Virus record (IMG/VR): IMGVR_UViG_3300027963_000039
Reading direction: 5' to 3' (one strand)
Source: a virus
DNA: 64,000 nucleotides
In this document: piece after piece, positions 57,148 through 64,000 of the stretch
Layout of the letters: the number at the start of each line of letters is the position of its first letter
Numbering within the stretch: the stretch's first letter is position 1
Position numbers and translations under genes: made by a program
The notes under the pieces: model-generated
What the model was told of the DNA's origin: nothing
Databases searched by the model: none
What the model saw: the letters and a program-made list of their open reading frames with translations, nothing else

Positions 57148-58076
57148 AAATACTAGCAGTTAATATTTCTCATAACGCTTCAATTTGCCAAGTTACTGAT
57201 GGTAAAATTGATTTTTATCTTGAAGAAGATCGTTTCAATAAAATAAAAAATTTTCATCCAGATCATTATAATGAAACACAGTACATATCGATTAAAAAAT
57301 ATGCGAGCGGTGTATATGACCGTGTAATTTTTTCTTCATTTGATAGAACCGTACCTTTTAAAGACGATTCTGGTTTAAGAGATGATAAAATAATTTCCGA
57401 TATAATTAAACAAATCGAATTTAAAGGAAATTATACATTCAATAAAAAAGAACATCACTTATATCATGCTCATTCCGGTTTTCATTTTTCAAAAATGGAA
57501 GACGCAATTTGTATTGTTATGGATGGTGGCGGAGCTCAACCTTATAATCGGCCTTTTCAGGAAATTGAGAGCATTTATTACTTAAATAAAAAAGAAAAAA
57601 ATGATAAGTGTTTTTATAAACATCTAACAGATTCTAGATGGTTGAAGTCTTACTCAAATAAAACTCAACGAAATAAAGTTATTATTGACGGAGTTGAAAT
57701 TCTATATTCATCGGAATGTAGTTCTGGTCAAAAATTTAGTCTTTTGACAAGTCAAATAGGTTTAGGTTCCGGAAGTGAATCTGGAAAAACAATGGGACTT
57801 GCAAGTTATGGAAACATGACATCAAAAAGACCAGAGGATTTAGCTAAACAATTACAATATACAACTAAGTGGGAAACAATAAAGCTCATAAGAAAAGCAA
57901 TTTCATATACCGATTGTAAAAATATTGTTTTGTCTGGAGGATATGCACTAAATTGTGTTAATAACTATGAGTATGTGAAACATTTTCCCGATTATAATTT
58001 CTTTGTTGATCCTGTTGCTCATGATGGTGGCACATCTGTAGGAGCAGCCATGTGGTTGTATAAAAATGAACAATAA
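57144..58076 (+). CDS. Carbamoyltransferase N-terminal (Kae1-like) domain
   Basis: SHNASI..EEDRFNKIK, HHLYHA, GKTMGLASYG, SGGYALNCVNN, HDGGTSVG. Confidence 0.88.
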   Translation: MKILAVNISHNASICQVTDGKIDFYLEEDRFNKIKNFHPDHYNETQYISIKKYASGVYDRVIFSSFDRTVPFKDDSGLRDDKIISDIIKQIEFKGNYTFNKKEHHLYHAHSGFHFSKMEDAICIVMDGGGAQPYNRPFQEIESIYYLNKKEKNDKCFYKHLTDSRWLKSYSNKTQRNKVIIDGVEILYSSECSSGQKFSLLTSQIGLGSGSESGKTMGLASYGNMTSKRPEDLAKQLQYTTKWETIKLIRKAISYTDCKNIVLSGGYALNCVNNYEYVKHFPDYNFFVDPVAHDGGTSVGAAMWLYKNEQ

Positions 58077-58602
58077 AACTATATACGATAAAAAAATAGC
58101 TGTAGACTATTTAATTGATCAAAAGGTTGTTGCCTTATTTCAAGGACATTCTGAATGGGGTCCTAGAGCTCTAGGTAATCGGTCGATTCTTTTTGATCCT
58201 AGAAATCCAAATGGCAAAGATATTATTAATGCTATCAAAAAACGTGAATGGTTTAGGCCTTTTGCTGGAACAATCATGTTGGAACATGCACATGACTACT
58301 TTGAAATGTTAACCATAAAAGAATCTCCTTACATGACTTTTGCTATTAAAGCAAAAGAAAAAGCAATCAAAGAAGTACCATCAATTATTCACGTTGACAA
58401 TACTTGCAGAATACAAACTGTCACCAGAGAACAAAATAAACATTTCTATGAATTGATTGAAGAATTTTACAAAAGAACAGGAACACCGATTCTATTCAAC
58501 ACCTCATTCAATTTGGCTGGAGAACCTTTGGTCGAAACACTTGAAGATGCGATTAGTACCGTGAATAGGTCAGGAATCGATTACTTATATTTACCGGAAT
58601 AA
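58066..58602 (+). CDS. Carbamoyltransferase C-terminal (YrdC-like) domain
   Basis: EWGPRALGNRSIL, KKREWFRPFA, HVDNTCRIQTV, NTSFNLAGEP. Confidence 0.9.
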   Translation: MNNKTIYDKKIAVDYLIDQKVVALFQGHSEWGPRALGNRSILFDPRNPNGKDIINAIKKREWFRPFAGTIMLEHAHDYFEMLTIKESPYMTFAIKAKEKAIKEVPSIIHVDNTCRIQTVTREQNKHFYELIEEFYKRTGTPILFNTSFNLAGEPLVETLEDAISTVNRSGIDYLYLPE

Positions 58603-58606
58603 AAAA

Positions 58607-58792
58607 ATGTTACAAACTATTTACAATTGGATAAGATATTCTGGAGTGAATATCACAATTAAATTAAATCCACTTCATTGGAGAATTAATTGTGGTTTTA
58701 AATCAACAAACGAAATTTGGGAAGCCGATTATTTTATTTTAGAATTTTTACCTATAACTATACGTGTGTGGTTTGACAATGGCGATTGGTAA
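58607..58792 (+). CDS. Small hypothetical protein
   Basis: Fills the operon gap; Trp-rich. Confidence 0.5.
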   Translation: MLQTIYNWIRYSGVNITIKLNPLHWRINCGFKSTNEIWEADYFILEFLPITIRVWFDNGDW

Positions 58793-59183
58793 AAAAATAA
58801 TTGTCAATGGTACGTTCGATATACTTCATGTCGGACATATTGCACTTTTAGAATATGCTAGAAGTCTCGGTGACCAGTTGTTGGTCTGTATAGATAGTGA
58901 TAGGCGAGTAAAAGAATTAAAGGGTGAGTCTAGACCAATCAATAATCAATACGACAGAATAAGAATGTTGTGTGCATTAAGATGTGTTGATATGGTTTGG
59001 ATGTTTGATAGTGAACAAAATTTAATTGATCAGATTAAATTATATGAACCAGATATTATGGTTAAAGGTTCCGATTACATAGGAAAACCAATAATCGGAC
59101 AATCGATGTGTAAGGAGATATTATTTTATGACAAAACAGAACATTCAACAACAAGTACCATTCAAAATATTATTGATAGGTGA
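58779..59183 (+). CDS. Heptose-1-phosphate nucleotidyltransferase (HldE domain II / HldC-like)
   Basis: NGTFDILHVGH, DSDRRVKELKGESRPIN, VKGSDY, HSTT. Confidence 0.85.
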   Translation: MAIGKKIIVNGTFDILHVGHIALLEYARSLGDQLLVCIDSDRRVKELKGESRPINNQYDRIRMLCALRCVDMVWMFDSEQNLIDQIKLYEPDIMVKGSDYIGKPIIGQSMCKEILFYDKTEHSTTSTIQNIIDR

Positions 59184-59889
59184 TGATTGCCTTGATGAGT
59201 ATCAATATGGTGTTGTAGAGAGATTAAGTCCTGAAGCACCAGTTCCGGTTTTTAAGTTTCAGCGAAAAGATCAAAAGCCAGGAATGGCTGCTAACGTATA
59301 TCAGAATCTTATGAATCTAGGTTGTAAAGTTAATAGAATTTTTGGCAACCAATCTAAAAAAACAAGATTGATTGATTTAAAATCCAAACAACACATCGTT
59401 CGTATTGATGAAGATTTAATCAGTAAACCATTAGTTATTGAACCTGATCTATTACAAGATTATGACGCAATTGTTGTGAGTGACTATAACAAAGGTACAG
59501 TTTCTTATGAAACACTAGAGAAATTGCAAAACGTTTTTTCTGGTCCAATTTTTGTTGATACGAAAAAAACTGAACTTGATAGAATGAACAAATGTATTGT
59601 AAAAATTAATACTCCTGAGTTCATGGCATCAAAAAGCAAGTGTGAAGAATTAATTGTAACTGCCGGAGAACAAGGCGCTTACTACAAGGGAACAAGATAT
59701 CCCGCAATGCCTGTGGAAGTTGCTGATGTCTGTGGTGCAGGCGATACGTTTTTGGCAGCACTTACATACAAATATTTGCAAACAAATAGTATTGAACAAT
59801 CTATTCCTTTTGCGATTCGAGCAGCCTCTATAACCGTGCAACATTTGGGTGTATATGCACCAGATTTGGGAGAAATAAATGCGTCTTGA
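59128..59889 (+). CDS. Heptose-7-phosphate kinase (HldE domain I / HldA-like, PfkB family)
   Basis: RLSPEAPVPV, GMAANV, SDYNKG, DVCGAGDTF. Confidence 0.88.
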   Translation: MTKQNIQQQVPFKILLIGDDCLDEYQYGVVERLSPEAPVPVFKFQRKDQKPGMAANVYQNLMNLGCKVNRIFGNQSKKTRLIDLKSKQHIVRIDEDLISKPLVIEPDLLQDYDAIVVSDYNKGTVSYETLEKLQNVFSGPIFVDTKKTELDRMNKCIVKINTPEFMASKSKCEELIVTAGEQGAYYKGTRYPAMPVEVADVCGAGDTFLAALTYKYLQTNSIEQSIPFAIRAASITVQHLGVYAPDLGEINAS

Positions 59890-60235
59890 AGGTTTTGTTG
59901 AAAAGGGTTGGGGGCATGAATTTATTTTTGCAACCAACGACAAGTATTGCGGCAAATTATTAAAGTTTAATAAAGATGCCAAATTCAGTATGCACTTTCA
60001 TAGTGTCAAAGATGAAACTTGGTATGTGATGGATGGTAAATTTAAAGTCGTTTGTATTAATACTGCCAACGCCACACAATATGAACATGAACTAAATCCT
60101 GGTGATACGTGGCATAATCCGCCGCTACTTCCTCATCAAGTTATCTGCATTGAAGAAGGCACACTAATAGAAGTGAGTACGCCAGACTCAGTGGAAGACA
60201 ATTATCGAGTAATGAAAGGCGATAGTCAAAAGTGA
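59879..60235 (+). CDS. Cupin protein (sugar isomerase-like)
   Basis: VEKGWGHE, SMHFHSVKDETWYV, PH, EVST..DNYRV. Confidence 0.8.
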   Translation: MRLEGFVEKGWGHEFIFATNDKYCGKLLKFNKDAKFSMHFHSVKDETWYVMDGKFKVVCINTANATQYEHELNPGDTWHNPPLLPHQVICIEEGTLIEVSTPDSVEDNYRVMKGDSQK

Positions 60236-61023
60236 ATATCTTATTAACAGGTCACCGTGGATTTATCGGTTCACATTTACTCAAAGCGTTAGAAGAAAAA
60301 GGACATAATGTATCGACCTATGAATGGGGCGATGGCAATATGCCTAGCGTTATGGAACAAGATTGGGTAATGCATGTTGGCGCAATTAGTTCTACAACCG
60401 AAAGAGATGTTGAAAAAGTGATGCGACAAAATGTTGACTTTACTGAACAGTTGTATAATGCATGTAGGACATACGGAGTTAACTTTCAATTCTCTAGCTC
60501 AGCATCAGTCTATGGATTAACTAGTACGTTTAAGGAAGATGATCCTGTTGATCCAAAAACACCTTATGCTTGGTCGAAGTATCTAAGTGAAAGATACATC
60601 AATAGACACATGGGTGGTAACATCACTCAGATGTTTAGATATTTTAATGTGTATGGTCCAGATGGTGAAGAACACAAAGGTGACCAAGCAAGTCCATATT
60701 TTAAATTCACTAAACAAGCCAAAGAAAAAAGAAGAATTAAACTTTTTGATGGCAGCAATAATTATCATAGAGATTTTATTCATGTTAGTAAAATAGTTGA
60801 TACACACCTTAAATTTTTAAATATCAAAGAATCTGGTACTTGGAATGTTGGTACTGGAACAACCAAAAGTTTTATGCATGTTGCATCAGAAGTATCAAAA
60901 ACATGGCCTTCTATTGTTGAATTCGTTTCAATGCCAAAAGAATTGGAACAATCTTATCAAAAATATACTTGTGCTGATATGACAAAGATGAACAAGACAT
61001 TAGAAGCTTTGCAAAGTGAGTGA
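60232..61023 (+). CDS. hldD: ADP-L-glycero-D-manno-heptose 6-epimerase-like SDR
   Basis: TGHRGFIGS, HVGAISSTTE, SSASVYG, YAWSK, RYFNVYGP..EHKG.QAS, YQKYTCADM. Confidence 0.85.
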   Translation: MNILLTGHRGFIGSHLLKALEEKGHNVSTYEWGDGNMPSVMEQDWVMHVGAISSTTERDVEKVMRQNVDFTEQLYNACRTYGVNFQFSSSASVYGLTSTFKEDDPVDPKTPYAWSKYLSERYINRHMGGNITQMFRYFNVYGPDGEEHKGDQASPYFKFTKQAKEKRRIKLFDGSNNYHRDFIHVSKIVDTHLKFLNIKESGTWNVGTGTTKSFMHVASEVSKTWPSIVEFVSMPKELEQSYQKYTCADMTKMNKTLEALQSE

Positions 61024-61544
61024 TGAAACAAAAATTTATTGATGCTTATATGGATGTGGCACATCGATTTGCACAGTTATCAAGTGCAAAGCGTTTAAAG
61101 GTCGGTGCTATCATTGTCAAAGATGACAGAATTATTTCAATTGGTTATAATGGCATGCCATCTGGTTGGACAAATGAATGTGAAACTAAAGAATACATGA
61201 GTGACGATGCTGGTGGTTGGTTAAGTCCGGATGAAATTGAACAACGATGGCCTAATCAAGAACAACAGTTGCCAAAAGATTCAGATATTTGGAAGCGGTA
61301 TTCTCTTAAAACCAAAGATGAAGTCATTCATGCCGAAGCCAATGCAATCGCCAAACTTGCTAAATGTACCGAATCTGGTGATGGATCTACCATGTTTTTA
61401 ACTCATGCACCATGCATACATTGTGCCAAACAAATCTATACCGCAGGTATTAAAACGGTATACTTCGGTTCGGCATATAGGGACGATGCGGGCTTGACAT
61501 TCTTAAAAAAATGTGATATACTAGTGAATCAGGTGGGTAAGTAA
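61020..61544 (+). CDS. dCMP deaminase
   Basis: IGYNG, HAEANAI, PCIHC. Confidence 0.92.
   Translation: MMKQKFIDAYMDVAHRFAQLSSAKRLKVGAIIVKDDRIISIGYNGMPSGWTNECETKEYMSDDAGGWLSPDEIEQRWPNQEQQLPKDSDIWKRYSLKTKDEVIHAEANAIAKLAKCTESGDGSTMFLTHAPCIHCAKQIYTAGIKTVYFGSAYRDDAGLTFLKKCDILVNQVGK
61494..61522 (+). promoter_or_regulatory. Sigma70-like promoter
   Basis: TTGACA-17 nt-TATACT with extended -10 TG. Confidence 0.6.
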
Positions 61545-61630
61545 TTTCGCCTGATGAAATTGGTTTTTTACCTAAATATTGGGAAACTTACTATCTCGTA
61601 AGTTTTTTGAATTGTGCATAAAGGTCTAAA

Positions 61631-62179
61631 ATGAAACTGAGCATAATCGGATGTCCTGAAAAGAAAAAATTTCGTCCCTACGTTAAAAAAGCAGCATTAT
61701 TCTATGCTGATCTGTTGTTCACACAAAAAATGACGGAAAATCTTTTTTTGCAAATCAAATTTAATAAAAAAATTGATGTGTTTGGATATGCATCAATTAC
61801 TGGTTATAATGATAGTGCTAAACCTAGAGATTTTTTAATTGAACTAAATCCAAATGTTGCCGCTTATGATATATTGAAAACGTTAGCCCATGAAATGGTT
61901 CACGTAAAACAATATGCATATTCAGAAATGGATGAAAAAGGATTAAGATGGAAGGGATCACATGTTGATCCTTCAAAAACAGATTATTGGACTGAACCGT
62001 GGGAAGTAGAAGCTTATGGTTTAGAACCTGGAATGTTTACAAAGTTTGCAGTTAAAGAAAAATTGTGGACAGTATTTAAAAACGTTACTAATCCAAATGA
62101 TATAATAAAGCCGGAACCTTTAGGGTTCTTGGAAGAAACTGTTGTTGCAGAAATACAACAAATAGAAAATAATGCTTGA
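61631..62179 (+). CDS. Zincin-like metallopeptidase domain protein
   Basis: TLAHEMVHVKQY and PWEVEAY. Confidence 0.75.
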   Translation: MKLSIIGCPEKKKFRPYVKKAALFYADLLFTQKMTENLFLQIKFNKKIDVFGYASITGYNDSAKPRDFLIELNPNVAAYDILKTLAHEMVHVKQYAYSEMDEKGLRWKGSHVDPSKTDYWTEPWEVEAYGLEPGMFTKFAVKEKLWTVFKNVTNPNDIIKPEPLGFLEETVVAEIQQIENNA

Positions 62180-62203
62180 CAATTTTATTGGTTTGTGTAG
62201 AAT
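62176..62203 (+). promoter_or_regulatory. tRNA array promoter 1
   Basis: TTGACA-16 nt-TAGAAT just upstream of the first tRNA. Confidence 0.7.
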
Positions 62204-62211
62204 AGATATAT

Positions 62212-62299
62212 GGAAGTGTGGATGAGTGGTTTAAATCAGCAGTCTTGAAAACTGCCGGCTGTAAAAGGTCCGTGAGTTCGAATCTCACCGCTTCCGCCA
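62212..62299 (+). tRNA. tRNA-Ser(UGA)
   Basis: Cloverleaf, loop CTTGAAA, long variable arm, encoded CCA. Confidence 0.93.
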
Positions 62300-62305
62300 G
62301 ATTTT

Positions 62306-62393
62306 GGAGAGTTGGTAGAGTGGTTAATACAACGGATTGCTAATCCGTCATCCAGAAATGGGTGCATAGGTTCGATTCCTATACTCTCCGCCA
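62306..62393 (+). tRNA. tRNA-Ser(GCU)
   Basis: Loop TTGCTAA, long variable arm, CCA. Confidence 0.93.
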
Positions 62394-62399
62394 AATTTC

Positions 62400-62474
62400 C
62401 TCGCTTTCGTATAATGGATAATACAGTAGGCTTCTACCCTACGAATATGGGTTCGATTCCTGTAGGCGAGGCCA
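62400..62474 (+). tRNA. tRNA-Arg(UCU)
   Basis: GTAGG-CTTCTAC-CCTAC arm, TTCGATT loop, GCCA end. Confidence 0.85.
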
Positions 62475-62482
62475 GAGTTTAT

Positions 62483-62559
62483 GTGGGTGTGCAGCTGAAT
62501 GGTTAGGCACCGGATTGCAAATCCGTATTATGCAGGTTCGAGTCCTGTCACCCACTCCA
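62483..62559 (+). tRNA. tRNA-Cys(GCA)
   Basis: Loop TTGCAAA, U discriminator, CCA. Confidence 0.88.
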
Positions 62560-62596
62560 AGTTTGTTGTTTAAATACAACACCCAGTAAAAAGTGC

Positions 62597-62664
62597 TTGA
62601 CAATTTTACTGGTTCGTGTACAATACGTACTATCGATTGAGAAATCAATCATTGTTCTTTAAAA
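62597..62664 (+). promoter_or_regulatory. tRNA array promoter 2 with boxB-like hairpin and boxA-like element
   Basis: TTGACA-16 nt-TACAAT; GATTGA-GAAA-TCAATC 62635-50; TGTTCTTTAAAA 62653-64. Confidence 0.65.
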
Positions 62665-62680
62665 GTTTGATGCAGTATGT

Positions 62681-62756
62681 GCTCGGTTCATCTAGTGGCC
62701 TAGGATAGTGCCCTTTCACGGCATTCACACCGGTTCGAATCCGGTACCGAGTACCA
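62681..62756 (+). tRNA. tRNA-Glu(UUC)
   Basis: Loop CTTTCAC, ACCGG-TTCGAAT-CCGGT, CCA. Confidence 0.92.
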
Positions 62757-62949
62757 TATTAAAGTTTATTGCGTTGACAAGTCCATTAGGGGATTGTTCA
62801 AGATAACGGGACGGCGGTCACCGGTCTATGAACACTCATGATAGCCGTTACGAAGGTGATGGGTTGCTTGTTTGTAATGACCGCATACAGCGCAGGATCG
62901 CAGCCTGTGAAAAAGAAGTATGCAAGGTTCGCAATAAATTTTAATATGG
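62757..62949 (+). ncRNA. Putative structured ncRNA A closed by a ~20-bp stem
   Basis: 62754-62773 complements 62930-62949 (one G-U); GC-rich interior with several helices. Confidence 0.6.
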
Positions 62950-62970
62950 TATAATAATGCTTCATAAATT

Positions 62971-63047
62971 GCCTCGGTGACGGAATTGGTATACGTGTTG
63001 GTCTTAGAAGCCAAATTTTGAGAGTTCGAGTCTCTCCTGAGGCACCA
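62971..63047 (+). tRNA. tRNA-Leu(UAG), short variable loop
   Basis: TTGGT-CTTAGAA-GCCAA; 77 nt; ACCA end. Confidence 0.88.
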
Positions 63048-63056
63048 AATTTAGAT

Positions 63057-63139
63057 GCGACTGTGGTGAAATAGGTAAACACAGCAGACTTAAAATCTGC
63101 CGCTTCGGCTTGCCGGTTCGATTCTGGCCAGTCGCACCA
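63057..63139 (+). tRNA. tRNA-Leu(UAA)
   Basis: Loop CTTAAAA, variable arm, ACCA. Confidence 0.93.
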
Positions 63140-63146
63140 AATTGAA

Positions 63147-63240
63147 AGAGTTTTTGGTTGTTCTAAAAAGCAAGGCCACGCTGAAAAGCAAAAAGGTTGA
63201 GCGGAGAACATTAAATGGAGACGACCGCTCCAGCCACTCT
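63147..63240 (+). ncRNA. Putative structured ncRNA B (multiway junction, possible pseudoknot)
   Basis: AGAGT/ACTCT ends; GGTTGAGCGG/CCGCTCCAGCC stem; GTTCT/AGAAC loop complementarity. Confidence 0.4.
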
Positions 63241-63395
63241 ATTTTATAGTTAAGTGTTATCAGGGTATCGTGTATGGACGCATACACTATGCGGGCCTAA
63301 CTGTGCGAGGAACAGGTCCTGAGATAACTGCTATTCGCTTGTCAGTATTAGCTATATTGTTGACAAATCGGCACGATAACACTTAACTATAAAAT
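63241..63395 (+). ncRNA. Putative structured ncRNA C closed by a perfect 21-bp stem
   Basis: ATTTTATAGTTAAGTGTTATC 63241-61 is the exact reverse complement of 63375-95; internal hairpins. Confidence 0.65.
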
Positions 63396-63397
63396 TT

Positions 63398-63472
63398 GGT
63401 CCCATAGTATATCGGTTAGTATAGCGGCTTGTCACGCCGTTGAGGCGAGTTCGACTCTCGCTGGGACCGCCA
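63398..63472 (+). tRNA. tRNA-Asp(GUC)
   Basis: Loop TTGTCAC, GCCA end. Confidence 0.92.
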
Positions 63473-63479
63473 AGTTTAT

Positions 63480-63555
63480 TCCTCAATAGCTCAGTTGGTA
63501 GAGCAACGGACTGTTAATCCGTAGGTCATTGGTTCGAGCCCAGTTTGAGGAGCCA
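63480..63555 (+). tRNA. tRNA-Asn(GUU)
   Basis: Loop CTGTTAA, GCCA end. Confidence 0.94.
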
Positions 63556-63559
63556 AATT

Positions 63560-63643
63560 GGAGATGTGGCAGAGTGGTCGATTGCAGCAGACTGTAAATC
63601 TGTTCTTAACAGCACGGTGGTTCGAATCCATCCGTCTCCACCA
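63560..63643 (+). tRNA. tRNA-Tyr(GUA)
   Basis: Loop CTGTAAA, variable arm, ACCA. Confidence 0.93.
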
Positions 63644-63653
63644 TTTATTATTT

Positions 63654-63727
63654 GCCTCCTTAGTTTAATGGTAGAACTCCGTCTTTACACGGCGGTTACG
63701 GCAGTTCGATTCTGTCAGGAGGTACCA
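63654..63727 (+). tRNA. tRNA-Val(UAC)
   Basis: Loop TTTACAC, ACCA. Confidence 0.92.
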
Positions 63728-63733
63728 AGTTTC

Positions 63734-63808
63734 GCCCGATTAGCTCAGTGGTAGAGCAACCGCCTTGTAAGCGGTAGGTCGTCTGTTCAATCCAGACATT
63801 GGGCACCA
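63734..63808 (+). tRNA. tRNA-Thr(UGU)
   Basis: Loop CTTGTAA, ACCA. Confidence 0.93.
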
Positions 63809-63833
63809 ATTATAAACATTTATAGGTAGTGTT

Positions 63834-64000
63834 ATGAAACAAATGGCATTATATCTACGTCACCCCGAATGTTCGAAGGATTGTGTATATGCTATGGTTG
63901 ATGCACTTTCATCAAATTACCAAATAAGAATATTTAATGAAAGTGAGTTAGATGATGATGATTTTTTTGATAACATCGACATTATTGCTTTTCCTGGTGG
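63834..64000 (+). CDS. Class I glutamine amidotransferase-like (BPL_N-type) protein, 3' truncated
   Basis: MKQMALYLRHPECS...DIIAFPGG runs off the window; not in ORF track. Confidence 0.55.
   Translation, partial: MKQMALYLRHPECSKDCVYAMVDALSSNYQIRIFNESELDDDDFFDNIDIIAFPG

Noticed and set aside
709-60807. Numerous short minus-strand and alternate-frame ORFs inside long genes
   Set aside because: Shadow ORFs expected from codon bias; no SD or motifs. Only 28057-28680 is credible on the minus strand
62400-63047. Amber suppressor tRNA or stop-codon recoding (CTA within the Arg loop; TAG anticodon)
   Set aside because: Seven-nt loop register gives UCU (Arg); anticodon UAG reads CUA (Leu); core genes are full length in the standard code and TAG/TGA serve as stops
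62088-63754. ORF-track ORFs across the tRNA region, including 62798-63211 minus
   Set aside because: They overlap clear tRNAs and lack SD sequences or protein-like motifs

Overview
64 kb of an AT-rich, T4-like myovirus genome with cyanomyovirus-type gene order. No photosynthesis genes are in the window and the host cannot be identified from it. Nearly all genes are on the + strand. From left to right: baseplate wedge genes (gp7-like, gp8, a split DUF4815/VrlC-like protein); a ~12 kb fibre/appendage cluster ending in a 37-Cys glycine-rich protein; a modification cassette (degenerate sulfotransferase, GT9-like glycosyltransferase, carbamoyltransferase, apparently catalytically dead GmhB-like protein); the core morphogenesis block gp13-gp23 and gp3; uvsY/uvsW/gp55/gp47/gp46; peptide deformylase; a DruA-like/GT2/dNTP-diphosphohydrolase group; gp45/44/62/regA/hsp20; an ADP-heptose-pathway plus split carbamoyltransferase operon; dCMP deaminase; and 12 tRNAs. 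Best candidates for undescribed biology: (1) three structured non-tRNA RNAs inside the tRNA array, two closed by 20-21 bp stems, behind an rrn-like promoter-boxB-boxA leader; (2) a matched set of C-terminal peptide tags and N-terminal domains suggesting daisy-chained or branched fibre assembly; (3) a two-locus heptosylation/carbamoylation system that includes two apparent pseudoenzymes; (4) a ROSE-like RNA thermometer on hsp20. All family assignments come from recognising motifs by eye; no searches were run.
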